Shown in pieces: positions 45,962-55,517 of a stretch of 64,000 nt of DNA. The notes under the pieces are model-generated. The model did no database searches. It had not been told where the DNA came from and worked only from the letters and a program-made list of their open reading frames with translations. A program made the position numbers and the translations under genes. Origin of the DNA: a virus (Duplodnaviria > Caudoviricetes); the IMG/VR virus record IMGVR_UViG_3300021387_000087. One strand, written 5' to 3'. Position 1 is the first letter of the stretch. Every line of letters starts with the position of its first letter.

Positions 45962-47120
45962 GCGATATGATCAACAAAAATAACATCTGGGTATATGAAC
46001 GTGAGGGTGGTGATTGCGGAATCGTTATTGCTGAAACATATGGAAACGCACTTGATGAATTAAGAAAAATGTATACGGACATTGATAAACGACTGAATGA
46101 AGAAGCATGTAAAAGAAATGGTTGGACTTGGGGATTGAACGTGTTTGGTCTTGATGAAGTCGAACAAAGTGAAAACGGAAATGTGCTTGTGACAATGCCT
46201 TATTAAAAGAAAAGGAGATAATTATGGCAAAGATTAATTATTATAATCACGTAAACAAATTACAAGAACAGATACAGGAAGATATTAATCAGGGAATGAC
46301 GCACAATCCTACATTTTATGAACATGATCCTGATCTGCATTTGTATTATGTGGTGCCGTATGGTGGAACGGCTGTTTATTGTATCCCTGAAACGGAATTT
46401 AATCTGGTTGATTGTGAGCCACCTGCTACTGGATCGCTTCGTTCGTCAAAAGAACTGCGAAAATCCATTAAAAAAATGTGGGAAGATATTTCTGGTGGGA
46501 ATTATCACATAGTACAGTCGATTACGAAAAAAGGTCGAAAAGAGGTCATATTTGAGGGAGATAACCAGTATTTCCACATCAGGGTGGTCGTGAATTCGGC
46601 ACTGATTCCTGTCAAGCTTGATACGAAAAAATATAATTTCTATATCAATGGAAGTAATAAACCCGTATTGATGTATGCAAATGATGCTGCGAGTAGTGTG
46701 TTTGGAAGTCCTGTAGCAATGATTTTTCCAATTGTAGGGAGGTAAATAATGGGATACGAAAGTAAATTATATGTAGTTGATAAACATCATTATAATTGGG
46801 GCAATAAAGCATGGGGCGAAAAGATTGCTATGTTTGATTTATGCTGTGTGCCGGGTCTTAACTTTAATAAATACCCGGCTACCAATTGTTATATTCTTGC
46901 AGATGATGGTAATACAGAAATAACAGAAGATGCTTACGGAGAAGTTTTATCGGAAATTCCGATTAAAGACGCTATCCAGATGTTAGAAGATGTAATTGAA
47001 AAGGAAAAGTATTACAGACGATACAAACCTTGTCTGGATTTGTTAAAAGGATTTAACCCAGATGATTGGGAAGATCTGGTGGTACTGCATTACGGACACT
47101 AAAGAAATAAAAATTAAATA

Positions 47121-47149
47121 TTGACAAAATAATATTTTATTATTATAAT
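47121..47149 (+). promoter_or_regulatory. Consensus sigma70 promoter
   Basis: TTGACA-N17-TATAAT. Confidence 0.8.
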
Positions 47150-47248
47150 CAATGGGTGGCGGGAGGGTTAAGATAATAATATATATTATAGATATATATT
47201 GATATTAATATATTATATTATTAGTATCACCCGCCCCGTCCACCCACT

Positions 47249-47277
47249 ATTATACACCAAAAAACAAATGTTGTAAA
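47249..47277 (-). promoter_or_regulatory. Convergent sigma70-type promoter
   Basis: TTTACA-N17-TATAAT on the minus strand. Confidence 0.55.
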
Positions 47278-47400
47278 TAAAAATTAAACGGCGATACAGA
47301 AATTAAAAACACTAATGTTTTACTGGTCAATTTAAAGATCAGGGAATTGAGTTTATAAAATTTTAATAAATGAAAATTAAATAACGAACATAAAATAGTA

Positions 47401-47429
47401 TTGACAACAACTCGTGTAAATGATAGAAT
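47401..47429 (+). promoter_or_regulatory. Sigma70 promoter with extended -10
   Basis: TTGACA-N17-TAGAAT preceded by TGn. Confidence 0.75.
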
Positions 47430-47474
47430 TTACATACAAAATCAAAGACAAATTAGTAGAAAGGAGTTGGTTAC

Positions 47475-48140
47475 ATGATTGTTGGACTAATCATTATTCT
47501 GGTTTTTCTTTTTATATATTTTTATACACAGATGTGTAATCTGAATAGTAAGACGAACGCCATCAAAAAAGCGATGGATGAAGGAAAAGAAACGTATTAT
47601 GATTCAACAGATGGATTTCTTCATTGGACAAAAAACGGAGAAAAGGTTATTGATTGTGTTTGGGGATATGCCGAAAATAATGACGCAATTGTTGGAGATC
47701 AGGTTTTAATAGGGGTAAAAAGTCATCGTGTTTATAAAAATTATACAAAAGAAAAATTTAAATATCATATACAAACTCAAATTGATTGTGGGTATTGTTG
47801 GTGCTATGAACGACATACTTATAATGGAGAATTTCGTGGCGATCTGGCATTAAGGTATCATATGAAAGACAAGTATTTCTATTACCTCGTAAAAGAAGAA
47901 CACAAAAGCAGTAATTATGACAATAATAGATTGTATCTTTATTGTGAAAAAAATACTGGAGAAAGAAGGAAAATCTCATTTGAAGAATATATTCAATTAG
48001 GTGGTAGCGAACTTATCGAAATTGAATACAAAAAGAAAAATGGATATACAGTAACCACATTTCATTCAAAATCTAACAATAATAATCAAAATATTAATGC
48101 TTTTGATTACAATAATAAATACTTAAATGGAGGTAAATAA
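47475..48140 (+). CDS. Hypothetical protein with N-terminal membrane anchor
   Basis: Hydrophobic N-terminus; AAGGAG RBS. Confidence 0.65.
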   Translation: MIVGLIIILVFLFIYFYTQMCNLNSKTNAIKKAMDEGKETYYDSTDGFLHWTKNGEKVIDCVWGYAENNDAIVGDQVLIGVKSHRVYKNYTKEKFKYHIQTQIDCGYCWCYERHTYNGEFRGDLALRYHMKDKYFYYLVKEEHKSSNYDNNRLYLYCEKNTGERRKISFEEYIQLGGSELIEIEYKKKNGYTVTTFHSKSNNNNQNINAFDYNNKYLNGGK

Positions 48141-49224
48141 GATGACAGGCAAAGAAATCCAAGTGGAAAAATTTGAAAGATTGACTGATGAACTCATTGA
48201 AAAAAACCCTAGTTATGCAGACGCGCTTGAGGGTTTTAGATATTGGTCAGATGATCAATCATGTAGGACTGTATATTATTATTTAATTTACATTGTTAAC
48301 TTTTTAAAAGAAACCAATAAGAATATTTGTGACCTTAAACTTGATGATTGGACACGATATGCAGCTAAACAAAAGAAAATGTCTTCTAGTAATCAAATAG
48401 CTAAATATTCTGCTGTTAAACGTTTTGCAGAATATCTTGAAGCAAGTGAACGGTTAGAAAATAATTTTATGGCAAAAGCAAAGCGCCCAAAATTTGTTGA
48501 AACGAAAGAACAAATAGACAAAAGGGAGCAAAAAATTCTTAGCCCCGCAGAAATTCAGAAGGTAATTAAAGATATTGAATACGGCATCAGTAATCATAGA
48601 AAATTATGGTTTCAAGAAGAATATAGATCCAGAGATATGGCTATAGTTCTGCTCTTTCTTAGCACAGGAATTCGTGGCTCTGCATTACAATATTTAAATG
48701 TAGAAGATATTAATTTAGATGAAGGGATTATTACAGTAACAGACAAAGGCGATAAGGTAAACGAACATAGCCTTCCAGATACCACAATTATTATTCTTGA
48801 AAAATGGTTACTTAAAAGAGAAGAATTACTTAAACAGAGAAATATAAAAAATGAACCAGCACTCTTTATCTCTAATCAAAGAAAGAGAATGAGTTATTCT
48901 TCCATTAATAATGTTGTGTGTAAATATTGTAGTAATGTTACTGGCAGACAAATTACGCCACATGTTTTACGTGCTACATATGGAACTATTCTTTATAACA
49001 AAACTCATGATATTGAATTTGTTAGACAACAGATGAATCATAACAGCATTGAAACAACTAAACGTTATATTCGTGGTAATGGAAAAGAGAACCGTAAAAA
49101 AGCAGCTGATATTATGGGTGGAGTTATTGATCGTGGCACTAAAAAAAGCGAAAGTTTATTTGAAGCTGAAGACGAGGAGTTAGTTGTTACAGAAATTAAA
49201 GATGACGAGGAGAACGAATACTAA
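48127..49224 (+). CDS. Tyrosine recombinase (XerC/D-integrase family)
   Basis: STGIR, DKG, HVLRATYGT, MNH...TTKRY catalytic set. Confidence 0.92.
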   Translation: MEVNKMTGKEIQVEKFERLTDELIEKNPSYADALEGFRYWSDDQSCRTVYYYLIYIVNFLKETNKNICDLKLDDWTRYAAKQKKMSSSNQIAKYSAVKRFAEYLEASERLENNFMAKAKRPKFVETKEQIDKREQKILSPAEIQKVIKDIEYGISNHRKLWFQEEYRSRDMAIVLLFLSTGIRGSALQYLNVEDINLDEGIITVTDKGDKVNEHSLPDTTIIILEKWLLKREELLKQRNIKNEPALFISNQRKRMSYSSINNVVCKYCSNVTGRQITPHVLRATYGTILYNKTHDIEFVRQQMNHNSIETTKRYIRGNGKENRKKAADIMGGVIDRGTKKSESLFEAEDEELVVTEIKDDEENEY

Positions 49225-49675
49225 TGACCTTTAACGAAATGACCAAACAGATATTTGATATATCTCACAAGCACCACATAAATCATGAAACTAAAAATCT
49301 TACGCAATTTCGCAGAGAATTAAAATCATACTTTGATCAGACAACACGACTACCGACACAAATTGCTTTTGAGATGGAAATGAAGGATGGGTACTGGTAT
49401 TGTGTAGCTATCAAATCAGCTTGGGGCTACGATTATTACATTCCAGATACACGTAAAGACGAAGAAAGATTAAAAAAGGAGACAGGATATTATGACACAT
49501 AAACAGAGACGTATTAACGATCTACTTGATCTTCAGATAATTCTTAACAATTCAATTATAAATGAAATAAGAGAAGTAAATCGAGGCAAAGGTCACACAG
49601 CAAAAGAAATTGAAGAAACCTTAAATTTCTGGATTGAGGAAAGAATTCCTTTTATGATGGAGGATGATGATTTAA

Positions 49676-49876
49676 ATGACTGATAAGCGAATTAAAATGG
49701 AATGTCCATTCTGTCATTGCCCGCCAGAACGGATAGAAATTGAATCTGAATGTGCTTGGAGCCTTTTTTTGTATGGCGAAAGTATTGGACATAAAGTGAT
49801 CTGTCCTGATTGTGGTGCAACATTTAATAGTTGGGAAAACAAACAAGAAGCAATTAACAAATGGAACAGGAGATAA
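49676..49876 (+). CDS. Lar-like restriction-alleviation zinc-finger protein
   Basis: CPFC...CPDCGA...EAINKWNRR. Confidence 0.65.
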   Translation: MTDKRIKMECPFCHCPPERIEIESECAWSLFLYGESIGHKVICPDCGATFNSWENKQEAINKWNRR

Positions 49877-50098
49877 TAATGAATATTGTCAGATTAACAA
49901 TTCATAACGGCTATTCTTTTGTAAAATGGAGAATTGCAATTCCTGAAGAAAATAAACATTTAGCAATAAATAAAGCAAAAGAGATATATTACGAAAAATA
50001 CATAGGTTTAAGAGATGTTATCGTTGATTCAGAAGCGCAATCAATTTCAATGACAGAATATACAATTATTAAATAAAATAAAAAAGGAGATTAAAAAA

Positions 50099-50482
50099 AT
50101 GAATAACCAGAGAAGAAAAGAACTTAATAACATTGCTGCTGCTATGGAAAATGTTTCTACGCCTGTTGATATCGAAGAACTTGAAGGAATTAAATCTGAT
50201 ATTGAAATGGTTCTCATGGATGAAGAAACGGCATTCGAATCTATGCCTGAAAATCTTCAGTATAGTATGCGTGGTGAAGCATCTCAGGAAGCACAGGACA
50301 ATATGAATGAGGCAATTGACCTTATTGATGAGTTCATTAGTGATTATCAGGATTATGAGATCGATCAGATTCATGATTCTGAAGAAGATGAAGAGGAAGA
50401 AGAAGACGAAAGCGAAATCGAAGACAGACTTCAGGATCTGATTAGTGAAGTTGTTGAATATCTGGAAATGGCTGCCGAGTAA
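50099..50482 (+). CDS. Acidic helical hypothetical protein
   Basis: MNNQRRKEL...MPENLQYSMRGE motif. Confidence 0.7.
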   Translation: MNNQRRKELNNIAAAMENVSTPVDIEELEGIKSDIEMVLMDEETAFESMPENLQYSMRGEASQEAQDNMNEAIDLIDEFISDYQDYEIDQIHDSEEDEEEEEDESEIEDRLQDLISEVVEYLEMAAE

Positions 50483-51413
50483 AGGAGAATGATTATGATG
50501 GAAATTAAAGTAAATGATAAATTTGTTTTTCATTCAAAAAACGGTATGGATTATCGAATTAAAGTAATTAATATTAATAATTACAGAGAACCATCAATGA
50601 AATATGGGTGTGATATTTGGGACGAAAATGGTAATTATGTAGGTGACATTACGTTCGTAGGAGATGATTTTTTTAATAATTATAAGGATCAATTTGAAAG
50701 GATCGAAGATTGAAATATGGCACTTCCAGAATCAGAGAAACAAAAAATTACTGCTACAGTAAGAAATATTACAGAAGTATTCAGAAAAGAATTTAATGTA
50801 AAAATATCTACTGTCCGTAACGCTGATGGTAATTTAACATTAATAATGGGTGATGAACATATAAAAACTGGCATTACTTATACGTTGCAGGATTTCGAAG
50901 ATATAGGTTATTATATTATGCGAAATTATCCCGGAGATTTGGCTTTGTATTTTGGGATATATTGGCAAAATCAGTTAAAATATTTACATTCAGTTTATTC
51001 TAAAAAACTAAGACAAAAAGCATTGAAAATGTTTGGTAACGGATAATTTTTTAGGGAGGATATTTATGGAAAACACAAAAGAAATGAGCATTGAAGATTT
51101 TTGTGAAGAGTTTGATCAGGTAGACGATGAAGCAACTGTAGTTGGCACATTGTTTGATATTAAAAAAAATCTATCTATAAGATGTCGGAAGCAAAGTGTA
51201 GAGTTTTGGGCAGGAGTAGATAAGGGAATCGATTATTTTATCGAAGGAACGGATGTGAATTTTAGAGGAGTTTTTGTTGATGCCGTTAAATGTATTAAAG
51301 AAGAAGATGATGCGTCTGCAGATTATACTATTTGTGATGAATCAGGAAAAATCTTGTTTTTAATTAGTGTTTTGGAGTGCTAAAAAATTAACAAGAAAAA
51401 ATTAAATTAGGTG

Positions 51414-51442
51414 TTGACAATGGATTTCTAATAGTGTAATAT
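51414..51442 (+). promoter_or_regulatory. Promoter of the tRNA cluster
   Basis: TTGACA-N17-TAATAT, about 50 nt before the first tRNA. Confidence 0.65.
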
Positions 51443-51491
51443 AGGTAACGTAGCAAGGGAACAGAGAACAAAAGCGAACTTGCTACTACAA

Positions 51492-51566
51492 TGGGGTATG
51501 GTGAAGCGGTTTAACACACTGCGCTTTGACCGCAGGATTCCGAGAGTTCGAATCTCTCTACCCCAG
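51492..51566 (+). tRNA. tRNA-Gln(TTG)
   Basis: Cloverleaf; CTGCG-CTTTGAC-CGCAG; GTTCGAATC. Confidence 0.9.
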
Positions 51567-51569
51567 TCT

Positions 51570-51653
51570 GGGACGCATACAGCAAAAAGTAAATAATCTA
51601 ATCAAGAATAAAAAAGCATTATGTTTTTCAATGGCATTCCTCCTAGCGTCCTG
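51570..51653 (+). ncRNA. Stand-alone ACAGCAA-module RNA A
   Basis: GGGACGC-AT-ACAGCAA ... GCGTCCT-G. Confidence 0.7.
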
Positions 51654-51678
51654 TATAAAAGAAAATAAAATTAAATAA

Positions 51679-51799
51679 CCACCCATAGTCTAATTGGTTA
51701 AAACGCTTAGCATAACAAATCATGATTGTGATTTTTACAGCAAATTATTTGCGTTCTCCTGTCCCGAGAGAGTTGATGGTTCGAGTCCATCTGGGTGGG
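51679..51799 (+). tRNA. tRNA-Asp(GTC)-like RNA with 48-nt ACAGCAA-module insertion (51708-51755)
   Basis: Acceptor CCACCCA/TGGGTGG, D arm, CT|CTC-CTGTCCC-GAGAG, T arm GATGG-TTCGAGT-CCATC. Confidence 0.8.
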
Positions 51800-51803
51800 T
51801 TTT

Positions 51804-51862
51804 GGGACTCATACAGCATAAAACAGACTGATAATCTGCTTGCCATGAAATGGCGAGTCCTG
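51804..51862 (+). ncRNA. Stand-alone module RNA B with Ile(GAT)-like anticodon arm
   Basis: GGGACTC-AT-ACAGCAT ... CAGA-CTGATAA-TCTG ... GAGTCCT-G. Confidence 0.72.
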
Positions 51863-51869
51863 TTAATAT

Positions 51870-51990
51870 CTGTGCCTTAGTTCAGTGGTAGAACACTAAT
51901 GCAAAATGAATCATGAATGTGGTTCTCACAGCAAATATTTTGCTTCTATTGTGGATAGAGAGGTCGTAGGTTCGAGTCCTACAGGCACAG
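51870..51990 (+). tRNA. tRNA-His(GTG)-like RNA with 48-nt ACAGCAA-module insertion (51898-51945)
   Basis: CTGTGCCT/AGGCACAG, D arm GTTC/GAAC, CT|CTA-TTGTGGA-TAGAG, T arm GTAGG-TTCGAGT-CCTAC. Confidence 0.8.
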
Positions 51991-51996
51991 CTGACT

Positions 51997-52065
51997 GTGA
52001 CACTCACAGCAACAACAATATTCTACACCGTTAATCTGGGGACTGTAGAAACCCCAAGTGTCATG
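51997..52065 (+). ncRNA. Stand-alone module RNA C in the leader of the DUF2828-like gene
   Basis: GTGACAC-TC-ACAGCAA ... GTGTCAT-G directly before the RBS. Confidence 0.68.
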
Positions 52066-52085
52066 AAAGGAAAAGGTATTTTATT

Positions 52086-53594
52086 ATGAATTTTGCACAG
52101 GCGATTAAAAATGAAACAAAATGGACAAGGACTGAAAACGGAGCTGTTGCACTGAAGACAACAGATGATGCGCTGCTTGACCTCTTTGGTACAATTGGTG
52201 CTTTGAGAAATGCAGACGAAGCACGCATTACATCACTTTTTGAGGAAGCGTATAACGCAAATCCTCTGTATGCTACAAAGATTCTTTTCTACGCAAGAGA
52301 TATTCGTGGAGATGAAGAGACTCAGGGTCTTGGAGAGAGACGTGTATTCAGAATTATTCTGAAATATTGTGCACTGCATCATCCTAAGGCAATTCGTCCC
52401 AATCTTGATTTGATTGGTGCCTATGGTCGCTACGATGACCTGTATGAACTGATCGGCACTCCTCTGGAAAATGAGATGTGGACTGCTATGAAGAAGCAGT
52501 TTGAAGAAGACCTTGATAATATGTCAAAAGGGAACGCAATCTCTCTTCTGGCTAAGTGGATCAAGACTGCTGATGCTTCTTCACCTAAGACAAGGGCGCT
52601 TGGTAAGTTGACCGCACAGAAACTTGGATATGATGTATATAACTTCAAGCGTATCGTGCGTGCAATGCGTAAGCAGATTGGCATTGTTGAAGCACTGATG
52701 TCTACTGGACGTTGGGATGAGATTAAGTATTCTGAAGTTCCGTCCAGAGCAATGCTTATTTACAGAAATGCTTTTAGAAAGCATGATGAAGAGCGTTTTA
52801 ATCAGTTCGCACAGAAAGCTGTTACTGGAGAAGAGAAAATTAATTCTGGTACACTGTTTCCTTACGATATTGTAAGTAGATATGCTAGTCGTAATTGGTA
52901 TGATGGAAAATGGTATACTGGCTCTAATTTGAATGAAACAGAAGAGAATGTTCTTCAAGCACAGTGGGATCAGCTTCCTAATTATGTAGACGAAGGTACT
53001 AATGCTCTGGTCATTGCAGATACTTCTGGTTCTATGAGTGGGCGTCCAATGGATACAGCTGTTAGTTTGGCAATCTATTTTGCTCAGAGAAACCATGGAG
53101 CATTTAAAAATCTGTGGATGAATTTCAGCTCTCGTCCTTCTTATCAGCAAATTAAAGGGAAGACACTGAAGCAGATTCTTAATAATATTAATTATAGTAA
53201 TTGGGGTAATAGTACCAATTGCAAGGCTGCTTTTGAAATGATTCTAGATACGGCTATTCAGTATCATATTCCTCAGGAAGATATGCCCAAGGCATTGGTT
53301 ATTATTTCTGATATGGAATTTGATTACTGTGGTGGTGAAAATTGGACGTTCTATGATCAGATGAGGAGTGAATTCGCTAGAAATGGTTATGAGATTCCTT
53401 CTGTTATCTTTTGGGATGTCGAGAGCCGTCATGATGTATTCCACGCAGATAAGAATCGCAAGGGAGTTATCCTTGTCAGTGGTCAGAGTGCTGGAACATT
53501 TAAGAATTTGATCGGAGCAATTGGTATGAGTCCTATGGATTTCGTAATGCAGGTTGTCAACGCAAAACGATATGAACCGATTACGGTCGGATAA
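52086..53594 (+). CDS. DUF2828-like protein (TROVE/Ro60-like helical region + vWA domain)
   Basis: RTENGA, FYARDIRG..GLGERRVF, YGRYDDL, LLAKW, YSEVPSRAM; vWA MIDAS DTSGSM, ST, ISDMEFD. Confidence 0.85.
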   Translation: MNFAQAIKNETKWTRTENGAVALKTTDDALLDLFGTIGALRNADEARITSLFEEAYNANPLYATKILFYARDIRGDEETQGLGERRVFRIILKYCALHHPKAIRPNLDLIGAYGRYDDLYELIGTPLENEMWTAMKKQFEEDLDNMSKGNAISLLAKWIKTADASSPKTRALGKLTAQKLGYDVYNFKRIVRAMRKQIGIVEALMSTGRWDEIKYSEVPSRAMLIYRNAFRKHDEERFNQFAQKAVTGEEKINSGTLFPYDIVSRYASRNWYDGKWYTGSNLNETEENVLQAQWDQLPNYVDEGTNALVIADTSGSMSGRPMDTAVSLAIYFAQRNHGAFKNLWMNFSSRPSYQQIKGKTLKQILNNINYSNWGNSTNCKAAFEMILDTAIQYHIPQEDMPKALVIISDMEFDYCGGENWTFYDQMRSEFARNGYEIPSVIFWDVESRHDVFHADKNRKGVILVSGQSAGTFKNLIGAIGMSPMDFVMQVVNAKRYEPITVG

Positions 53595-53599
53595 TTCAT

Positions 53600-54290
53600 A
53601 TAGTGGATACAGACACTTAAAATCTGTATCATAAGCGCCGATGGACGCTATATATTCCATTCAATTATGCGTCATGATCGTGACGCATGCACAGCAACGC
53701 ACACAAGATTGGGGAACGTGAGTACGGGTGAAGATATTAAGATCTTTGCTTTAAGGGTGCCAGAAATGGCTTCTAAGTACAATTCAAAGGAACTGGTGCC
53801 CGCACTGGTTCGCCGTATACTCGGCTTTAATCGAGCCAAATGCTCGGTTAACAGGAAACCGGAACCTGTACAAAAAACACACACTGGGCATATAATTGGC
53901 GGCATGCACGGAACAGCCTAAGAACCGCAAGGGACATATAGTTATTCAGATTTCATTGGTTTTACTAATCAGAGTAACATTACTCAGATTTCATTGGTTT
54001 TACTAATCAGAATAGCTATATAGCGCATCACATCGAAGATCCCTAGACATGCAAGTGATGTAAACCGCAGAATGGATGATGCGGCATAAAAATGATCAAC
54101 CATCCTGTATGAGTAGGGGATAGGAAGAGTGAATCCGGCTACATACAGTGAGACCTAAAGCCCCTGATGTGAATGGGACTATGCGTGATTGTTTTCAGAC
54201 TAAAACACATCTAAAACGCTAGGCAAAACAGGCTTTGCACATCACATGTATCTAGCCTGTGTACACTTCTCTGTGATGTGCATTATTTAA
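53600..54290 (+). ncRNA. Candidate long structured ncRNA(s) with an ACAGCAA module near the 5' end
   Basis: No credible CDS; ATGCGTCAT-GATC-GTGACGCAT-GC-ACAGCAA at 53667-53697; many stems; duplicated 28-nt unit. Confidence 0.5.
53946..54011 (+). repeat. Two identical 28-nt direct repeats, period 38
   Basis: TCAGATTTCATTGGTTTTACTAATCAGA at 53946 and 53984. Confidence 0.9.
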
Positions 54291-54425
54291 AAGGTGCTAC
54301 AAAACAATTATAAATTATATGAATTTGACATTGAGAGTCTATATAATAAATAAGGTAAGAGTAGTAGTTAAATGGAGTTTGATGAACAGCCTTTTTAAAG
54401 TAATGTGATATAGAGAAGTTAATAT

Positions 54426-54516
54426 GCCACTATAAGCCTAATTGGTAAGGCAGTAGTCTTGAAAACTACCAGTAATCGTGATGAGCGATGTTCCTGTTCG
54501 AGTCGGGATAGTGGCG
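54426..54516 (+). tRNA. tRNA-Ser(TGA)
   Basis: GTAGT-CTTGAAA-ACTAC; long variable arm. Confidence 0.88.
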
Positions 54517-54611
54517 TATAATTCAGGCTTGAGTAAGAGGACTCTGTAAGTAGTTGATAGTGGAACAATAACCTGAATTAAAGAATGTATAATTAAAAGG
54601 TGGTGTGACAT

Positions 54612-55145
54612 GTGGAATATAAGAAAGAACCTGTCAAAGGATATGAAGAATATCAGGTAGACACTAATGGAATTGTTTATGGTAAAAATGGTAAGCCATT
54701 AAAATATTCGTTAAATCATAAAGGATATTGTATTATAAACTTTTCAATTAATGGTCAAGTAAAAGGATTTGCGATACATACATTAGTAGCTAAACAGTTT
54801 ATTCCTAATAACGATCCATCAAAATGGCAAGTAAATCATAAAGACGGAAATAAAGAAAATAATAATATTAGCAACCTTGAATGGGTCACTCCTGAAGAAA
54901 ACATAAAACATTCAAAAGAGGTGCTAGGAAATAATAATCTTGGTGCTAATAGTAGTCAAGCAAAACCTATAAAAGGTGTCAGTAAAAAAGATGGCACCGA
55001 AATATATTTTGATGCAATGTCAGATGGCGCACGTTTTTTAGCAAGAAAACACAATATTAAATTTATACATGCTAAATGTTCGTTGTGGCGTGCTTTAAGT
55101 GGTTGTAGAAAAAGTTATAAAGGATATTATTGGCAATATGTCTAA
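54612..55145 (+). CDS. NUMOD4-type HNH homing endonuclease
   Basis: VKGYEEYQVDTNG, HTLVAKQFI, VNHKDGNKENNNISNLEWVT. Confidence 0.9.
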   Translation: MEYKKEPVKGYEEYQVDTNGIVYGKNGKPLKYSLNHKGYCIINFSINGQVKGFAIHTLVAKQFIPNNDPSKWQVNHKDGNKENNNISNLEWVTPEENIKHSKEVLGNNNLGANSSQAKPIKGVSKKDGTEIYFDAMSDGARFLARKHNIKFIHAKCSLWRALSGCRKSYKGYYWQYV

Positions 55146-55153
55146 TAATAAAT

Positions 55154-55237
55154 GCCCCCTTGGTGGAACAGGAAGACACGCCGCATTTAAGCTGCGGTTC
55201 CGCAACAGGAGTGAGAGTTCAAATCTCTCAGGGGGTA
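55154..55237 (+). tRNA. tRNA-Leu(TAA)
   Basis: CCGCA-TTTAAGC-TGCGG; long variable arm. Confidence 0.88.
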
Positions 55238-55320
55238 TTCACAAAACAGAGATGAACGGAAAGCATGACTGTTTTGTACTGAAATATGCTCACATCTATA
55301 TGATGTATAAAACTTTCCAA

Positions 55321-55385
55321 GGGACACTTACAGCAAACTATAACAGAACAAGACTTGAAATCTTCTTTCTCTTAATAGTGTCCTG
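55321..55385 (+). ncRNA. Stand-alone module RNA E with Ser(TGA)-like anticodon arm
   Basis: GGGACAC-TT-ACAGCAA ... AAGA-CTTGAAA-TCTT ... GTGTCCT-G. Confidence 0.72.
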
Positions 55386-55396
55386 TAATTAAATAT

Positions 55397-55512
55397 GCCG
55401 ACCTTAGCTCAATGGTAGAGCACGTATGAATGGATTATGTTTGTAATCCTAACAGCAATTACTTCTTCCACTGGTAATGGCGTTGTTATTGGTTCGAATC
55501 CAATAGGTCGGC
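55397..55512 (+). tRNA. tRNA-Thr(GGT)-like RNA with 43-nt ACAGCAA-module insertion (55425-55467)
   Basis: GCCGACCT/AGGTCGGC, D arm GCTC/GAGC, CG|CCA-CTGGTAA-TGGCG, T arm ATTGG-TTCGAAT-CCAAT. Confidence 0.8.
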
Positions 55513-55517
55513 TTTCT

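Noticed and set aside
51708-51945. Group I intron in the interrupted tRNAs
   Set aside because: Inserts are only 43-48 nt, lie in the stem rather than the loop, and cannot hold a catalytic core.
53667-53921. 84-aa ORF after the DUF2828-like gene (also ORFs overlapping tRNAs at 55099, 56093-56756, 58446-59016)
   Set aside because: No clear RBS and overlap with structured RNA elements.
53946-54011. Mini CRISPR array from the two 28-nt repeats
   Set aside because: Only 10 nt between the copies and no similarity to the Cas12f repeat.
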